This document shows positions 46,547 through 55,488 of a stretch of 64,000 nucleotides of DNA, in pieces; position 1 is the first letter of the stretch, and every line of letters starts with the position of its first letter. Source of the DNA: Clostridia bacterium (GTDB taxonomy: Bacteria > Bacillota > Clostridia > UMGS1883 > UMGS1540); the NCBI GenBank assembly GCA_045590195.1, contig JAZNQN010000044.1:19186-83185 (forward strand), written 5' to 3'. The position numbers and the translations under genes are program-made. The notes beneath the pieces were generated by a model. That model did no database searches and was not told the DNA's origin. It worked only from the letters and a program-made list of their open reading frames with translations.

Positions 46547-47980
46547 TTATATTATACTGTTTGCATCACTCACGGCGTTATATATAGTTTTGTCTGCGGC
46601 CTTTTTTCCGAAGTTATCTATCATATTTTTATCGCGCGATGTGTGAGTAAGGCACCCTGCCCCACCAATACAACCACCAACACAAGCCATACCTTCTATA
46701 AAGTTTGCATCGAGCATCCCTTTGCTTTTCTTCAGAAGGTTTATTTTACACTCTTCAATTCCGTCGCACGAAATTGCATTAAGTGTAAAGTCGGTTACTC
46801 CTTTTTCTTTAAGCCCCTGTGCAACTGCATCGGCAAGGCCACCACAACGGGCAAAAATTCTTCCGAAATACGATGCGCCGTCAAGTTCGCTTTCTTCAAG
46901 AGAAGTAATATCTATATCGCGGCTGTCAAAAAGCGCCTGAAGCTCTTCAAAAGTTAAAACAGTATCAACATATTTTGAAACTTCTGCTTTCTGTGCCTCA
47001 GCTTTTTTTGCAGTACATGGACCGATAAAAATAACTTTTGCACTTTCATCGTGTTCTTTAATGTATTTTGCAATAGTTGCCATTGGCGAAAGATTATGTG
47101 AAATATTTTCAGAAAGGTTATCAAAATTTTGCTCAATATATTTTACAAACGCAGGGCAACAAGAGCTTGTTAAAAATCTTTTTTCTGCAAGCTCCTCTGC
47201 TTCGGATGCTGCAACCATATCAGCGCCAAGTGCAGCCTCAACAACATTGAAAAATCCGAGTTCTTTAATACCTGTCACAACCTGACCAAGCCTTGCATAG
47301 TTAAACTGACTTGAAATTGTAGGTGCAACAACGGCATAAATATTATACTTTGTATTATTTTCGCTACCTTTTAAAAGGTCGATTGCATCGAGAATAAATG
47401 ATTTATCTGTAATTGCGCCAAATGGGCACTGATATACACAGGCTCCACACGCAATACATTTATCATCAAGAATTTTTGCCGACATATCTACATTCGTTTC
47501 AATTGCATCCACCTTGCAAGCGCTTTGGCACGGACGACGGTAGTTTGCAATTGCGTTGAACGGACAAACTTTTGCGCAGGCACCACAGTTTTTACACTTG
47601 GTTTTATCAATGTGCGCTTTTGGGTTTTCATCAAAAGTTATGGCACCAAATTTGCAAACATCTTCACATCTGTGTGCCAGGCATCCGCGGCATGAATGAG
47701 TTACCTCGTATCCGCCCATAGGACATTCATCGCAGGCAATACTGATAACTTCAATTACATTTTTATTCCTTTTGTTACCACCCATCGCCATTTTAACTCT
47801 TTTTGCAAGAATGGCTCTTTCTTTATAAACGCAGCAACGCATAGTTGCCTCTTTCCCGGGCACAAGTATTTCCGGGATGTCGGATATATTTTCCATAAGA
47901 GTACCTGCCCAGTACAGACGGGCAACTTCTCTTAATACTTTATATTTCAGGTGTTGAACTTTAGTATCAAACTTTCTCAT
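46547..47980 (-). CDS. hydA: [FeFe] hydrogenase, monomeric type, with N-terminal multi-cluster ferredoxin domain
   Basis: H-cluster motifs 'TSSCCPAFV', 'FIGPCTAKKAE', 'EGMACVGGCIGGAG', plus four N-terminal CxxCxxCxxxC-type motifs. ATG (MRKFDT) with GGTGA RBS. Confidence 0.85.
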   Translation of the reverse strand: MRKFDTKVQHLKYKVLREVARLYWAGTLMENISDIPEILVPGKEATMRCCVYKERAILAKRVKMAMGGNKRNKNVIEVISIACDECPMGGYEVTHSCRGCLAHRCEDVCKFGAITFDENPKAHIDKTKCKNCGACAKVCPFNAIANYRRPCQSACKVDAIETNVDMSAKILDDKCIACGACVYQCPFGAITDKSFILDAIDLLKGSENNTKYNIYAVVAPTISSQFNYARLGQVVTGIKELGFFNVVEAALGADMVAASEAEELAEKRFLTSSCCPAFVKYIEQNFDNLSENISHNLSPMATIAKYIKEHDESAKVIFIGPCTAKKAEAQKAEVSKYVDTVLTFEELQALFDSRDIDITSLEESELDGASYFGRIFARCGGLADAVAQGLKEKGVTDFTLNAISCDGIEECKINLLKKSKGMLDANFIEGMACVGGCIGGAGCLTHTSRDKNMIDNFGKKAADKTIYNAVSDANSII

Positions 47981-47990
47981 AATATTCACC

Positions 47991-49163
47991 TTAAAAATAA
48001 CTTACTTTAATTCTTTTACCCATTTTTTCAAGATGTTTGGATAACTCTTCTACCATATTCATTTTGATATTAAAATTTATGGGCAAATCAGGATTTTGAT
48101 GAGCAGGATTTACAGCTCTTCCAACATAAAAGTTAATATCGGTTGCTTCTTCAAACAAAAGTTGAGAAATTAACGACGCAGCATCTTTACCCATTTCCCA
48201 GTCATTATAAAGGCGGTTTTCATTAACAAAGTCCTCGGCATATTTAAGCACATGGCTCATTGTAATTACACCTTCAGTTACCAGGTCAACGCCATCAATT
48301 ATCGCTACTGGCGGAATTCCTTGTTTTTCAAACTTCAAAGTTGGTTTTACTTCCTTGCCAAGGTATTCGGCTGCAATTGAAGATGTTGTACCGCCGCAAA
48401 CAATGTGTTTACCCTCTTTTGCAAAGAAAAGTGCCATCATTTTTCTGCAATCATCTCTGTTTGATGGTGGACCAAAAACAAGGTTTATAGGCGCTCTTTT
48501 TCTTATTCTTACAACGCAGGCACTGGTATCATCGCCCGGTTCTCCGCCATAAAGTTTATTACATTCATCAGTTAAAATGGTTGCCAGGGTTTTTGCGTTA
48601 TATCCGGCACATTCAATAGTTTCCATAAACTCAGTTATCTGCTCAGTTTTCCAACCGAAATTATAAATATTTCCAATTCCTGCATGAGGACAACCATCGC
48701 TCATTGCAAGAAATAAATCGTTTTCGCAAAGCTTTATTCTCGAACGAAGCATCTTTTTATCGCCAATTGAAAATGTTTCCTGGTTATATTCAAAGTTCTT
48801 TCCGTCGCGAAGCAAAATTACAGGCGGATTATCATATTGAATAATTTCTGCAAACTCATTATTAACAATATGAATAATTGTAAATGTTGAATATGCCACT
48901 CCCCTTTGCGAACAAACGGGAAGTGTTGCTGCAATAGTTGAAACGCAGTCTTCAATTGACAGCCCTGCTGCCAGAAGAGTTGAAATTATTTTAGAAGTAA
49001 GTGTTGACAAAATGCCAGCTTTAACACCACTTCCAAGCCCATCGGCAAGAACAATTACAGATGAATTTTCGCCTGAGCTTACAACATCTATATGATCGCC
49101 GCAAAGCTCCTCACCGTGGTGGTTTAATGAGCGATATCCAATATCAGCACACAAATCATTCAT
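47991..49163 (-). CDS. SpoIIE/RsbU-family PP2C Ser/Thr phosphatase with C-terminal accessory domain (hydrogenase-associated regulator)
   Basis: 'LCGDHIDVV...VIVLADGLGSGVKA' PPM-type metal-binding motifs; overlaps hydS by 8 nt. Confidence 0.7.
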   Translation of the reverse strand: MNDLCADIGYRSLNHHGEELCGDHIDVVSSGENSSVIVLADGLGSGVKAGILSTLTSKIISTLLAAGLSIEDCVSTIAATLPVCSQRGVAYSTFTIIHIVNNEFAEIIQYDNPPVILLRDGKNFEYNQETFSIGDKKMLRSRIKLCENDLFLAMSDGCPHAGIGNIYNFGWKTEQITEFMETIECAGYNAKTLATILTDECNKLYGGEPGDDTSACVVRIRKRAPINLVFGPPSNRDDCRKMMALFFAKEGKHIVCGGTTSSIAAEYLGKEVKPTLKFEKQGIPPVAIIDGVDLVTEGVITMSHVLKYAEDFVNENRLYNDWEMGKDAASLISQLLFEEATDINFYVGRAVNPAHQNPDLPINFNIKMNMVEELSKHLEKMGKRIKVSYF

Positions 49164-50838
49164 CAGCTATTGTCTCCTTAAGTTTTGTAAGCGCAATTTT
49201 TGTTTCAGCAGCTGTTTCGCCAAGTAACGATGCAATTTCCTGAACAATGCGCATTTGCTTTTCAACAACTTTATCTGCTACTTCGATGGTTTCTGTCCCA
49301 ATTCTCTCTTTACGCTCTTTCTCTCTTTCCTCGGCAGTTACATCACGCAAAATGCAAATTATAATTCTATACTCTTTATCCGGAATAATTGTTTTTTCAA
49401 CATATTTGTCGTATTCTGCAAGATATTTTCTTCTGTTAGAAATCCTTCTTCCGCTTTCCATTGCATTTATAAACGGAGTAGGGTCTAAAATTCTTACAAC
49501 AGGCTCACCCATTACATCGGAAACAGATTTTACGTTCAAAATTTTTCTTGCGGAGTTGTTGATAAGCTGAACTTCAAGTTGTTCGTTTACAACAATAATT
49601 CCGTTAGGTGTGTTGTTAACTATTGTATCTGAGAAAACTTCAGCTTTATCTTTTAAAAACGGCAAACACATTGAAAGGTCGGCCTTTCCGTGGTATATTG
49701 CAATTGCTTTTTCACGGCAGGTATCATATCCACAGGAGCCACAGTTAAGCTCGTCTTCAGGACGAACTTTTCCCATTGTTTTCAGTACTTTGACTATTTC
49801 TTCATCGGCAGGTGGCTGAAGTCGTCTTTCAATAGGCTCAATGCCTTTTTGAAGTTCAGTAAAATCAGGCTGTGAAATTTCAAAGTCTTTTTCGCCTGCA
49901 TAATCAGAAACAGCTTTAAATTCACTCACAGGAGCTGAATTGAATTTTTCCATTATCGGACCGCAAATACAGCTTCCGCTGCAGGCCGACATTTCAATAA
50001 AGCATCCGTGTACTTTTCCGCTTTCAATATCACGAAGCGCTTCAATACAGTTATTAGTGCCATCAATGGCCATATATGTATATTCAGGAAGTCGCTCGTC
50101 CATTGTTTTTAATATACCTCCCGTTGTCGGGAAAAGCCTTGCACGGCTTTTTTCGGTAACATCTAGCTCTTTTTCAATCTCTATATTTTCTTCTTTGAAC
50201 CAGTTTGTAAGTTCATCGAAGGTTAAAACTGCGTCTACAATATCTCCGTAGTAATCACCCTCATCTTTTTTGGAAAGGCAGGGGCCGATAAATACTGTTT
50301 TCGCACCTGGATATTTCTTTTTAATTTCTATGGAATGAGCCTGCATAGGCGACATTGTGTTTGAAAGGTAAGGCAAAACAGAAGGAAAATACTTCTGAAC
50401 AAGCAAATTAACACTGTGGCAACAGGAAGAAATAAGAATATCAGGCTTTTCTTCACGAAGTTTGCGCTGGTATTCGTTTTTTACAATTGTTGCACCAATA
50501 GCAGTTTCTTCAGCATCGAAAAAGCCAAGTTTTAATAAAGCCTTTTTCATTGCCTCTATTCCGACACCATCATAATTTGCAATAAAAGACGGAGCAAGAG
50601 AAGCAACAACCTGTTCACCATTTGCAATCATTACTCTTACTTTTTCGCGCTGGTCTGTAATTTCTTTAGCATTTTGCGGACAAACAACAAAGCATTGACC
50701 GCATAAAATACACTCATTGCCAATAATATGTGCCTGATTACCTGAGAAACGAATGGCTTTTACGGGACAATGTCTAATACATTTATAACAGTTTTTACAG
50801 TTTGATTTTTTAAGTTTAAGCCATTCCACTATGCTCAC
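49156..50838 (-). CDS. hydS: Sensory [FeFe] hydrogenase HydS: ferredoxin + H-cluster-like domain with non-canonical motifs + C-terminal PAS domain
   Basis: H-cluster motif variants 'SSCCHSV' (for TSCCP), 'FIGPCLSKKDE', 'EMSACSGSCICGP' (for MACxGGCxxG). C-terminal PAS-like region 'NTPNGIIVVNEQLEVQLINNSARKIL'. Confidence 0.8.
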   Translation of the reverse strand: MSIVEWLKLKKSNCKNCYKCIRHCPVKAIRFSGNQAHIIGNECILCGQCFVVCPQNAKEITDQREKVRVMIANGEQVVASLAPSFIANYDGVGIEAMKKALLKLGFFDAEETAIGATIVKNEYQRKLREEKPDILISSCCHSVNLLVQKYFPSVLPYLSNTMSPMQAHSIEIKKKYPGAKTVFIGPCLSKKDEGDYYGDIVDAVLTFDELTNWFKEENIEIEKELDVTEKSRARLFPTTGGILKTMDERLPEYTYMAIDGTNNCIEALRDIESGKVHGCFIEMSACSGSCICGPIMEKFNSAPVSEFKAVSDYAGEKDFEISQPDFTELQKGIEPIERRLQPPADEEIVKVLKTMGKVRPEDELNCGSCGYDTCREKAIAIYHGKADLSMCLPFLKDKAEVFSDTIVNNTPNGIIVVNEQLEVQLINNSARKILNVKSVSDVMGEPVVRILDPTPFINAMESGRRISNRRKYLAEYDKYVEKTIIPDKEYRIIICILRDVTAEEREKERKERIGTETIEVADKVVEKQMRIVQEIASLLGETAAETKIALTKLKETIADE

Positions 50839-51095
50839 TCCCCTATATTTAATACTTTAAGTATATGTTCCTTAAAAAAGTCATCGAACTTATGTATTGT
50901 AAGTCCTACAAAAACTTCATCGTTTATCTGAACGGTTACGCCTTCGCGATTGCATTTTCCAATGCAAAAGCTTCCGGCAACAGAAACTTTGTCGCCAATA
51001 TTATAATCACTTACTGCTTTTTCAAAAGCATTTGCTATTTCATATGAACCTTTAATATGACAGGAACTGCCAATACAAACTAATACTTTAAGCAA
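50835..51095 (-). CDS. Small thioredoxin-like [2Fe-2S] ferredoxin (paralog 2)
   Basis: 'VCIGSSCHIKGS...GSFCIGKC' four-Cys pattern; TTG start. Paralog of the 51161-51409 gene. Confidence 0.6.
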   Translation of the reverse strand: MLKVLVCIGSSCHIKGSYEIANAFEKAVSDYNIGDKVSVAGSFCIGKCNREGVTVQINDEVFVGLTIHKFDDFFKEHILKVLNIGE

Positions 51096-51107
51096 AAATA
51101 AATCATT

Positions 51108-51152
51108 CCTTTTTGATTTTTTAAAAGGCCGCAGTGCGGTTGCACCGCGGCC
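51108..51152 (-). terminator. Intra-operon GC-rich hairpin terminator/attenuator between the two ferredoxin paralogs
   Basis: ggccgcagtgc-ggtt-gcaccgcggcc (one mismatch) followed on the minus strand by ttttaaaaaatc. Confidence 0.55.
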
Positions 51153-51160
51153 ATATGTTA

Positions 51161-51409
51161 TTATTTTACAAGAGGAAGTATATTATCTTTGAAAAACGCT
51201 CTTGCCTCTTTTTCGGTAATTCGGAATGTTTTGTCATCTACTTTTACAGAAACGCCAACATTTGTACAATTTTTCATACAAAATGACGCCGCAAGTTCAA
51301 TTTTATCATGAAGATTATTATCTTCAATCATATGCTGAAATGATGACACAACATTATGTGCTCCGTTTAAATGACACGCGCTTCCAATGCATACACTAAT
51401 TTTTATCAT
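51161..51409 (-). CDS. Small thioredoxin-like [2Fe-2S] ferredoxin (paralog 1)
   Basis: 'VCIGSACHLNGA...ASFCMKNC'. Confidence 0.6.
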   Translation of the reverse strand: MIKISVCIGSACHLNGAHNVVSSFQHMIEDNNLHDKIELAASFCMKNCTNVGVSVKVDDKTFRITEKEARAFFKDNILPLVK

Positions 51410-51411
51410 TA

Positions 51412-53109
51412 TTATTCCTCCGATTTTTTCGCATAGTTCACATGTAAAAGTTTATGAACTTTACCTTTAATAATATTGTTATAAAGTGACGAAACAATTG
51501 GGTTTTCTTCTGAACGACGTATGCTTAAGAGTCTGTCAGATTTATAAAGTCCGCTCTTTCTGGCAGCAATCTCGTGCTGCATTGCAAATGGCTGACCGCC
51601 ACCATTTATACATCCGCCAGGGCAAGCCATAACTTCAATAAAGTCAATCTGTTCGCCGTCTTTTACGCGCTGAAGAACTTTTTCAGCATTTGCAAGACCG
51701 CTTACAACTACAATATGAAGTTCTCTTTCTCCATACATAAGTTTAAATTCTTTAATGCCATCAAGGCCACGCTGACCGCAATCTGCAATAGAAAGAAGTC
51801 CGCTTCTTGATTTATTTGCAGCAACACGGCGAAGTACAGCTTCTGTAACACCACCTGTTACACCAAATATTACACCTGCACCTGAAATAGTACCAAATGG
51901 CATATCGACAGCTTCAGGCTCTAAGGTATCAAACATAATACCTGCTTCTTTAACCATTGAAACAAGTTCCTGAGTTGTAATAACTGCATCAACATTAGGC
52001 TGACCGTCCATTTTGAACTCATCTCTTGCAGCTTCAAACTTTTTAGCTGTACAAGGCATTACTGCAACATGGAACATTTTTCTTGAAGCTTCTTTTGCCT
52101 GGTCTTTCAAAATTGAAGCCATCATCTGCATTGGGCTGCGGCAAGTTGATACATTAGGAAGAAATTCAGGGAATTTCTTTTCGCAGAACTGAATCCAGCC
52201 AGGGCAGCATGAAGTAATAAGTGGAAGATTTTCGCCTTTTTCAAGTTTAGTAAGAAATTCTTCACTTTCTTCCAAAACAGTTAAATCTGCTCCGAGAGAA
52301 GTATCATAAATTTCATCAAATCCCATACGATGAAGAGCGGCAACAATTTTACCCATTACATCTTCCCCGTCGCGAACACCAAGTTCTTTACCAAGTGCAA
52401 CTCTTACCGCAGGAGCAACCTGAACAGTTGTTTTAACTTCAGGGTCGCTTATTGCTTTCCAAACGGGAGCAATATTATTTTTAACAACAAGAGCACCTGT
52501 TGGACATACTGCAACACACTGACCACAGCCAACACATGGGCTTTCTGAAAGTGGTTTATTAAACGCAGTGCTGATTGTCATATTAGAGCCACGGTATGCA
52601 AAGTCGATAGCGCCAACATTCTGAACCTCGTTACACATTCTCACACAGTCGCCGCAAAGAATACATTTGCCTGTATCTCTTGTAATGCATACGGAAGACG
52701 TATCTTCATCTTTTGTTGAAACTGCAGTATTAGGGAAACGAACGCCTTCAATATTAAAGCGCATTGCCAAATCCTGCAATTTACATTTTGCGTTGTTCTC
52801 ACAGGTTGTACAGTCGCGGCAATGGTTAGCAAGAAGAAGTTCGAGAATATTTTTTCTGTATCTTCTAAGGCGCTCTGTATTTGTTTTTATGTTCATACCT
52901 GCACGAGGAGGTGTTGAACAAGCGGCATCAAGTCCGCCTCTTTCGTTTTCTACCATACACATACGGCATGCACCGTAAACCGAAAGCTCGGAATGATAGC
53001 AGAATGTAGGCATTTTTACGCCTGTTTTATTTATAAGTTCAAGAAGATTTTTCTCTCCGTTAATTTCAACGGGGATACCGTCGATTGTCAAATACTGTTT
53101 CTCAGTCAT
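51412..53109 (-). CDS. hydA: [FeFe] hydrogenase catalytic subunit HydA of a trimeric (NuoG-like N-terminus) hydrogenase, copy 1
   Basis: N-terminal 2Fe-2S and NuoG-like clusters; H-cluster 'TSCCPGWIQF', 'MPCTAKKFEA', 'EVMACPGGCINGGGQP'. Confidence 0.9.
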   Translation of the reverse strand: MTEKQYLTIDGIPVEINGEKNLLELINKTGVKMPTFCYHSELSVYGACRMCMVENERGGLDAACSTPPRAGMNIKTNTERLRRYRKNILELLLANHCRDCTTCENNAKCKLQDLAMRFNIEGVRFPNTAVSTKDEDTSSVCITRDTGKCILCGDCVRMCNEVQNVGAIDFAYRGSNMTISTAFNKPLSESPCVGCGQCVAVCPTGALVVKNNIAPVWKAISDPEVKTTVQVAPAVRVALGKELGVRDGEDVMGKIVAALHRMGFDEIYDTSLGADLTVLEESEEFLTKLEKGENLPLITSCCPGWIQFCEKKFPEFLPNVSTCRSPMQMMASILKDQAKEASRKMFHVAVMPCTAKKFEAARDEFKMDGQPNVDAVITTQELVSMVKEAGIMFDTLEPEAVDMPFGTISGAGVIFGVTGGVTEAVLRRVAANKSRSGLLSIADCGQRGLDGIKEFKLMYGERELHIVVVSGLANAEKVLQRVKDGEQIDFIEVMACPGGCINGGGQPFAMQHEIAARKSGLYKSDRLLSIRRSEENPIVSSLYNNIIKGKVHKLLHVNYAKKSEE

Positions 53110-53113
53110 TTTC

Positions 53114-54988
53114 TCAAACCTCCTTTATAGCCTTGAATGCACAAGCATCAATACAGCTACCGCAACGAATACATTTTGAAAGGTTAATTGTAAATGGTTC
53201 CTTAATTTTTCCTTCGATAGCTTCAACAGGACACTGACGGGCACATTTTGAGCAACCTTTACAAAGCTCAGGGTCAATAACAATTGTTTTAAGTTTCTGA
53301 CATTCACCCGCTGGACAACGCTTGTCGTAAATATGAGCTTCATATTCATCACGGAAGTTTTTAATTGTACTTACTACCGGAGAAGGAGCACTTTTGCCAA
53401 GTCCGCAAAGAGCTGTAGCCGAAATTGTATCAGCAAGCTCGAGAAGGAGTTCAATATCTCCATCCTGACCTTCGCCTGCGACAATTCTTTCAAGAATCTG
53501 AAGCATTCTCTTTGTACCTTCACGGCAAGGAACGCATTTACCACAGCTTTCGTTCTGTGTAAAGTTCATAAAGAATCTTGCAACCTCTACCATACAGGTA
53601 TTTGAGTCCATAACAACAAGTCCGCCGGAGCCTATCATAGCTCCAACCTTTTTAAGTGTATCAAAGTCAAGAGGAAGGTCTAAATGTTCTTTTGTAAGAC
53701 AAGCACCTGAAGGGCCGCCTATCTGTACGGCTTTAAATTCGCCGTCGCCTTTCATACCGCCACCGATATCAAAAATAATCTCGCGGAGAGTTGTTCCCAT
53801 AGGAACTTCGATAAGGCCTGTATTTGCAATGTTACCTGTAAGAGCAAAAGCTTTTGTGCCTGCACTTCCCTCTGTTCCGATACCGAGATACCAGTCTGCG
53901 CCACGGTTTATAATTTCAGCAACGTTTGCATATGTTTCAACATTATTAAGTACTGTTGGTTTATCAAAAAGACCATGTTCAACAGTTCTTGGAGGTTTAA
54001 CTCTCGGGAAACCACGTTTACCTTCGATTGAAGCAGTAAGCGCACTACCTTCGCCACAAACAAACGCACCTGCACCACGGCTGATGTGCATTTTAAACGA
54101 AAAGCCTGTTCCGAGAATATTTTCGCCAAGAAGGCCTAGTTCTTCTGCCTGAGTTATTGCATTTTTAAGTCTGTCAACAGCGAGAGGATATTCAGCACGA
54201 ACATATATGTAACCTTCACATGCGCCACAGGCAACACCTGCAATCATCATACCCTCAAGCATTCTGTGAGGGTCACCTTCCATAATACTTCTGTCCATAA
54301 ATGCACCGGGGTCACCCTCGTCACCATTACAAACAACATATTTAATAGGCTCTTTCTGGCGTTTAACCTGTTCCCATTTTCTTCCGGCAGGAAATCCGCC
54401 GCCCCCACGTCCGCGAAGGTTTGATTTACTGATTTCAGATACAATGTCATCAGCAGTCATATCAAAAAGTGCTTTTTCAAAAGCGGAATAACCACCAATG
54501 GCAATATATTCACGAATTGATTCGGCATCAATTTTACCGCAGTGTTCCAAAACGATACGGGTTTGCTGTTTATAAAAAGGAATTTCATCCTGTTTTTTGT
54601 ATGAAACGCCATCTTTTTTGCAGGCAAGGCGGTCAATGGGTTCTCCTTTAAGAACTGTTTTTTCAATAATTTCTTCACAGTCTTCAACTTTTACTTTTGT
54701 GTAAAGCCAACCCTGTGGGTCGATTCTGAGAAGTGGGCCCATTTCACAAAAACCATGGCAACCGCTCTTTTTAAGGCCTATGCTTTCATCGTGGGGATCA
54801 ACTTCAAGCTCCACTGCAACTTTAATGCCTCTTTCATCACAAAGTTCTTTAAGTCTGTCATAAATTTTAAGTGAGCCACCGGCAACGCAACCTGTTCCGG
54901 CACAAACAATGATTTTTTCGGTTTGTAGTTCATAAGACTTTTTCACTTCTTCACGAAGCTTCATAAAATCTTCTCTGTTTTTAAGCAT
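53114..54988 (-). CDS. hydB: NADH-binding flavoprotein subunit HydB (NuoF-like, with N-terminal thioredoxin-like 2Fe-2S and C-terminal 2x[4Fe-4S]), copy 1
   Basis: NuoF-like 'GGGGFPAGRKWE' and 'CNGDEGDPGAFMDR', 'ESCGKCVPCREG', C-terminal ferredoxin motifs. Confidence 0.9.
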   Translation of the reverse strand: MLKNREDFMKLREEVKKSYELQTEKIIVCAGTGCVAGGSLKIYDRLKELCDERGIKVAVELEVDPHDESIGLKKSGCHGFCEMGPLLRIDPQGWLYTKVKVEDCEEIIEKTVLKGEPIDRLACKKDGVSYKKQDEIPFYKQQTRIVLEHCGKIDAESIREYIAIGGYSAFEKALFDMTADDIVSEISKSNLRGRGGGGFPAGRKWEQVKRQKEPIKYVVCNGDEGDPGAFMDRSIMEGDPHRMLEGMMIAGVACGACEGYIYVRAEYPLAVDRLKNAITQAEELGLLGENILGTGFSFKMHISRGAGAFVCGEGSALTASIEGKRGFPRVKPPRTVEHGLFDKPTVLNNVETYANVAEIINRGADWYLGIGTEGSAGTKAFALTGNIANTGLIEVPMGTTLREIIFDIGGGMKGDGEFKAVQIGGPSGACLTKEHLDLPLDFDTLKKVGAMIGSGGLVVMDSNTCMVEVARFFMNFTQNESCGKCVPCREGTKRMLQILERIVAGEGQDGDIELLLELADTISATALCGLGKSAPSPVVSTIKNFRDEYEAHIYDKRCPAGECQKLKTIVIDPELCKGCSKCARQCPVEAIEGKIKEPFTINLSKCIRCGSCIDACAFKAIKEV

Positions 54989-55466
54989 TGTTTATCTCCT
55001 CTCTGAGTTTTTTCAAAAGCTCTGATGCTTTATCCGGTGTCATTGCAGAATATACAACATCGTTTACTGTAAGTACCGGAGCAAGACCACAAGCGCCGAG
55101 ACATGATACTGTTTCAAGTGTAAAGTTTAAGTCGTCGGTAGTTTTTTTGCTTTCGCTAAGTCCAAGTTCACTGCGAAGACGCTCCAAAATCGGAATGGAA
55201 CGGCGAACATGACAAGCTGTTCCGTCGCATATTTTTATTACATATTTTCCCTTTGGTTCAAGAGAAAAGTTTTCGTAAAATGTTGCTACGCTGAAAATCC
55301 TAACTTCAGGAATGTTAAGCTGTTTTGCAAGATGTGGAAAAATATCTTTTGGCAAGTAATGATATTCTTCCTGAATTTCCTGCAAAATTGCGATAATTGC
55401 CTGTGGATTTTTGTCGTATTTATCGACTATTTTATCTACGATTGCAAAATCAAACTGTTCACTCAT
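54981..55466 (-). CDS. hydC: NuoE-like thioredoxin-like [2Fe-2S] subunit HydC, copy 1
   Basis: 'CDGTACHVRRS...CLGACGLAPV'. Confidence 0.85.
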   Translation of the reverse strand: MSEQFDFAIVDKIVDKYDKNPQAIIAILQEIQEEYHYLPKDIFPHLAKQLNIPEVRIFSVATFYENFSLEPKGKYVIKICDGTACHVRRSIPILERLRSELGLSESKKTTDDLNFTLETVSCLGACGLAPVLTVNDVVYSAMTPDKASELLKKLREEINNA

Positions 55467-55488
55467 AGTTTTACTCCTTTGTTTTTAA

